Assembly (NCBI GenBank): GCA_963747525.1
Contig: CAVVFH010000001.1
Span: 754,647 to 818,646, forward strand
Reading direction: 5' to 3'
From: an uncultured Actinomycetota bacterium
Lineage (GTDB): Bacteria; Actinomycetota; Actinomycetes; Propionibacteriales; Nocardioidaceae
DNA: 64,000 nucleotides
Shown here: one piece after another, positions 60,254 through 64,000 of the stretch
Layout of the letters: each line of letters starts with the position of its first letter
How positions within the stretch are numbered: position 1 is the stretch's first letter
The notes under the pieces: generated by a model
What the model was told of the DNA's origin: nothing
Database searches by the model: none
The model's input: only the letters and a program-made list of their open reading frames with translations
Program-made: the position numbers and the translations under genes

Positions 60254-61714
60254 ATGACCCGCACCGACCAGCCGGCGACTCCCCCCGCCGGGCCGTCGAC
60301 CCGGCTCGCGCCCGCCGGCACCGTGCCTGCGGAGTCCACCGGCCGGTGGCGCGACAAGAAGCGCTACCTGTGGCTGATCGGCCTCGTGGTCCCGTCGCTG
60401 GCCTTCGTCGGGATGGCCGGCCACGCCCTGACCGGATGGAGCGTCTGGCTCTGGACCGGCCCGATCGTCATCCTGGTGGTCGTCCCCTCGATCGACCTGA
60501 TCGCCGGCCTCGACCGCTCCAACCCGCCGGACGACGTGATCGAGGCGCTGGAGAAGGACCGCTACTACCGCTGGGTGACCTACCTCTTCCTGCCGATCCA
60601 GTACGTCGGGTTCGTCACCGCGTTCTGGTACATGACCTCCGCCGACCTGGCCTGGTACGACATGCTCGGCCTGGCGATCTCCATCGGCTGCATCGGCGGC
60701 ATCGGCATCAACACCGCTCACGAGCTCGGCCACAAGAAGGAGAGCCACGAGCGCTGGCTGTCCAAGATCGCCTTGGCGCAGACCTTCTACGGCCACTTCT
60801 ACATCGAGCACAACCGGGGGCACCACGTCCGCGTCGCCACCCCTGAGGACCCGGCCAGCAGTCGCATGGGCGAGAACTTCTACCAGTTCTGGCCGCGCAC
60901 GGTCTCCGGCTCGCTGAAGAGCGCGTGGAGCCTCGAGAAGCGCCGCTACGCCCGCAAGAAGACCCACCCCTTCCACCTCGGCAACGACGTGCTCAACGCG
61001 TGGTTGATGTCGGCCGTGCTGTGGGGGGCGATGGTCGCCTGGCTCGGCGTGGAGATCCTGCCCTTCCTCGTGGTCCAGGCGATCGTCGGATTCTCGCTGC
61101 TCGAGGTGGTCAACTACATGGAGCACTACGGAATGCTGCGCGAGAAGGTCGGCGTGGGCGACCGGGAGCGCTACGAGAGGGTCCGCCCCTCGCACTCGTG
61201 GAACTCCAACAACGTCGCCACCAACGTGCTGCTCTACCACCTGCAGCGGCACAGCGACCACCACGCGAACCCGACCCGTCGTTACCAGGCGCTGCGTGAC
61301 TACGAGGAGTCACCGGTGCTGCCGACCGGGTACGCCGGCATGATCGTGCTCAGCATCGTCCCGGCGGTGTGGCGCCGCACCATGGACAAGCGGGTCCTCG
61401 CCCACTTCGACGGCGACCTGAGCAGGGCCAACATCGCGCCGCGCAAGCGGGCGAAGCTTCTCGCCAAGTACCCCACCCCCGGCCGCGAGAGCGCCGGGAC
61501 CAGTCGCACCGACGCGGCCCCGGGCGCCGCCGACGACGTGATGGCTGCCCGCTGCCCCAACTGCGAGTACGTCTACGACGTCACCGTCGGGGACGAGCAC
61601 GAGGGCTTCGCGGCGGGCACCGCCTGGTCGGAGATCCCCGACGACTGGTGCTGCCCCGACTGTGGCGTGCGCGAGAAGGTCGACTTCGTCCCGGTGGAGA
61701 AGGTGGGCGCCTGA
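60254..61714 (+). CDS. alkB: Alkane 1-monooxygenase AlkB fused to a C-terminal rubredoxin
   Basis: HELGHK, EHNRGHH, NYMEHYG, LQRHSDHHA; C-terminal CPNC...WCCPDCG; AGGAGG RBS. Confidence 0.95.
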   Translation: MTRTDQPATPPAGPSTRLAPAGTVPAESTGRWRDKKRYLWLIGLVVPSLAFVGMAGHALTGWSVWLWTGPIVILVVVPSIDLIAGLDRSNPPDDVIEALEKDRYYRWVTYLFLPIQYVGFVTAFWYMTSADLAWYDMLGLAISIGCIGGIGINTAHELGHKKESHERWLSKIALAQTFYGHFYIEHNRGHHVRVATPEDPASSRMGENFYQFWPRTVSGSLKSAWSLEKRRYARKKTHPFHLGNDVLNAWLMSAVLWGAMVAWLGVEILPFLVVQAIVGFSLLEVVNYMEHYGMLREKVGVGDRERYERVRPSHSWNSNNVATNVLLYHLQRHSDHHANPTRRYQALRDYEESPVLPTGYAGMIVLSIVPAVWRRTMDKRVLAHFDGDLSRANIAPRKRAKLLAKYPTPGRESAGTSRTDAAPGAADDVMAARCPNCEYVYDVTVGDEHEGFAAGTAWSEIPDDWCCPDCGVREKVDFVPVEKVGA

Positions 61715-61908
61715 TGCCGCGGGTCGTGGTCGACCGGGACCGGTGCGAGGGTCTCGGCATGTGCGAAGCGATGGCGCACGAGTTCTTCGAGGTCGGTGAC
61801 GGCGGCACCGTCAGCGTGCTCGACGAGAACCCGGCGGGCGAGGACGTGCTCGACGTCAGGGCTGCCGTGGAGTCCTGCCCGGTCTCCGCGCTGAGCCTGG
61901 TCGACTGA
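61714..61908 (+). CDS. Ferredoxin, [3Fe-4S]-type
   Basis: CEGLGMC...CPVSAL, 64 aa; TGATG coupling to alkB. Confidence 0.9.
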   Translation: MPRVVVDRDRCEGLGMCEAMAHEFFEVGDGGTVSVLDENPAGEDVLDVRAAVESCPVSALSLVD

Positions 61909-62034
61909 GGGTCACCGGGACGCCCGGCGAGCCGGGCACCCCGCACCTCGTAGGTGTAGGCGAGCCGGCGCGCCAGGAACTGGGCGACGAAGTCCATCCG
62001 GGAGCCGACTGCCGTGGGCCCGTCGTCTCGCACC

Positions 62035-63333
62035 TCAGGCCCGGCGCCGCGGTGGGTGGCCCGACTCGGCGTACGTGCGCGAGGCGGGGCTGGTGAGGGC
62101 GAGCAGGACGAGGATGCTCAGCGTCACCGCCGGCAGCCCGGAGCCCAACGAGGGGCGGGCTCCCCCGTTGAGGGTCGCGACGAAGGTCGCCAGGATCGTC
62201 GCCGTCGAGGAGAGCATCAGCAGGATGCGAGCCCAGTTGCGCCCGACGAAGGTCGCGGCTCCGAGACCCACGTCGATGACCGCCTCGACCAGGAGCGCAG
62301 CGGCGGCGGCCACGCTGGCCGCCCGGGACAGGGTGGCCCCCTCGACGACCGCCGACCCGTCGGGCACCAGCAGCATCACCAGGCCGAGTAGACCGAACAC
62401 CAGACCTCGGAGCGCGGCGACGGCGGCGCTGAACGCCGTCGAGGCCGGCGGCCCCACCCGGACCTCCGCCTCCACGTCGCGCGCCGCGGGCGGCCCCGCC
62501 TCGACCGCACGGAGGTCGACCACCGGCAGGTCGCCGTCGGTGACCATCAGGTCGCCCCCTCCGTTGCGCGCGTGGTAGCCGCTGGCGAAGTGCCTGATCG
62601 GCTCGACGGTCGCACGGGCGTCGGCCTGCAGCAGGGTGCCGACGATGTAGTCCCGCTCGCGGTCGATGTTCTTGGCGATGCGGTGCGTGACCTGGAAGGT
62701 CCACAGGGACAGCCCGACACTGCGGTCGAACGTCCCGGCGGCCAGCCAGTCGACGGCGTACCCGCCCGGCAGCCGCCAGCCCTCGGGGCAGCGCCAGAAC
62801 CGCACGTGGTGACGCTGCGCGGACTTGCCGGGCACGTCCTGCTGGTAGGCGAAGTCCTGTCGGCGGTCGAAGAGGTAGAGCGGACTGACCGGCGCGTTCG
62901 GGTAGGGGCGGCCGGAGAGGGTCGCCGTGGTGATGCGCACGCTGCTGCGCACCGTGATCTCGTCCGCCCGCATCCAGCCGGCCGCAGCCATGGCGGCGTG
63001 GACCTGCTCCTCCTGCCCGAGTATCGCCAGGTTGACCGGGTCGCCGAGGAGCCCGACGCTGGTCCGCGTGCGGCCGATGAAGTAGCCGGGCACGTACAGG
63101 TGGGTGAGCACCCGGTGCAGCCGGGGCAGGGCCAGGTAGGCGACCAGTCCCCAGAACGGCACCAGCATCAGCAGCTGCCAGCCCGGATCCAGGCTGCTCA
63201 CGAGGACCAGCCACGCCAGCCAGAAGGACGCCGCCCCCGCGAAGACGAAGAGCACCGTGTCGAGCGCACCCATCGTGGAGTGCCCGCCCGGACGCTCGGC
63301 AGTGGCCGGCGTGGCGCGCGCGGTCGTCGTCAT
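62035..63333 (-). CDS. LssY C-terminal domain membrane protein
   Basis: GDPVNLA, LYLFDRRQDFAYQ, RHHVRFW, TFDRSVGLS, THRI, ERD, TDG. Confidence 0.8.
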   Translation of the reverse strand: MTTTARATPATAERPGGHSTMGALDTVLFVFAGAASFWLAWLVLVSSLDPGWQLLMLVPFWGLVAYLALPRLHRVLTHLYVPGYFIGRTRTSVGLLGDPVNLAILGQEEQVHAAMAAAGWMRADEITVRSSVRITTATLSGRPYPNAPVSPLYLFDRRQDFAYQQDVPGKSAQRHHVRFWRCPEGWRLPGGYAVDWLAAGTFDRSVGLSLWTFQVTHRIAKNIDRERDYIVGTLLQADARATVEPIRHFASGYHARNGGGDLMVTDGDLPVVDLRAVEAGPPAARDVEAEVRVGPPASTAFSAAVAALRGLVFGLLGLVMLLVPDGSAVVEGATLSRAASVAAAAALLVEAVIDVGLGAATFVGRNWARILLMLSSTATILATFVATLNGGARPSLGSGLPAVTLSILVLLALTSPASRTYAESGHPPRRRA

Positions 63334-63672
63334 GAGCCCCTCCCGACTGTGACCGACCCTGGCCCGGGGGTCACCGCCGTTACCACCGGACTTCGTCCCG
63401 GACAGCAGGGACGCAGGACCCGAACGGCACTGCGACCCCGGTGTGAAGCCGGTCTCGATCTGCTGAACGGTACTGCGACCCGGAGCAGACTGGGAGGAGG
63501 GAACGACGTCCGCTGTCGTCGATCCGCGGCGGCGGCGCACCGGAGAGTGACGGCGATCCTCTTCGCCCACGGCTGGGTGCACCTGGTCTTCCTGTTCCCG
63601 ACCCCGGAGGGCGACGCCGACGACAACCGGCCTGGTGCTGCTGGTCGCCCAGACGGCGTACCAGGTGCCGCG

Positions 63673-64000
63673 ATGACCACGCGGCCGGCCCCACGCACGG
63701 CGCGGGCGGATCCTGGTTGGCGCGGTCTCTACCTCGCCGGCGGACTCTCCGCCTGGTTGTACGTCGTGCTGGCGGTCGTCGTGGCCGGGATCATGACCGC
63801 GGCGGTCGACGACTTCTGGGACGTCATCGTCGACGGTCGGAGGCTGCTCGCGTTCATCGCGGACGGCCACGAGGTGTACTGGCACGTCCTGCAGGGGCTG
63901 GTGCTCATGACGAGCATCCTGCTCGTCGTCACGTTCGTCGCGGCGCCTCTCGCCCTCGCCCGGGCAGACCGGGTGATGGCGGCCCTCGGCGCCATCTTCC
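63673..64000 (+). CDS. Membrane protein, truncated by the window end
   Basis: Open frame MTTRPAPR...GWRGLYLAGG...AALGAIF with hydrophobic helices; the frame is also open from GTG 63547. Confidence 0.6.
   Translation, partial: MTTRPAPRTARADPGWRGLYLAGGLSAWLYVVLAVVVAGIMTAAVDDFWDVIVDGRRLLAFIADGHEVYWHVLQGLVLMTSILLVVTFVAAPLALARADRVMAALGAIF

Noticed and set aside
63422-63481. Possible mini-CRISPR
   Set aside because: Only two 17-bp copies, too short for CRISPR repeats, and no cas genes in the window.

Overview
A gene-dense, very GC-rich actinobacterial chromosomal window; gene content and style suggest a Nocardioides-like organism (inference). No rRNA, tRNA, CRISPR array or intact IS element was seen. 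In order, it holds: three helicases around a stand-alone HDOD gene; a TcrX/TcrY-like two-component system with a TCACAGC-N4-TCACAGC box; redox housekeeping genes; an ACAD/APH-kinase/His-phosphatase trio; an intact hypFCDE block with no hydrogenase or hypAB in the window; bfd-bfr behind an IdeR/DtxR box; a decayed DUF222/HNH gene behind a perfect SOS box; a P450/desaturase/hydrolase run; a paaABCDE-paaI-paaR cluster (many indels) with a PaaR-type operator; and an arsR/arsM-acr3-arsC arsenic locus. The ~48-62 kb part is a hydrocarbon-catabolic region and the most interesting stretch. It carries a Dmp-type multicomponent (diiron) phenol hydroxylase operon led by catechol 2,3-dioxygenase and an unknown 143-aa gene, an IclR regulator with two GTTCC-N7-GGAAC palindromes, a divergent meta-cleavage hydrolase, and an AlkB fused to a RubA-type rubredoxin plus a [3Fe-4S] ferredoxin. 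Two kinds of damage recur: clustered single-base indels (possibly sequencing error) and genes or relics with internal deletions. All product calls come from motif recognition by eye; no database search was run.
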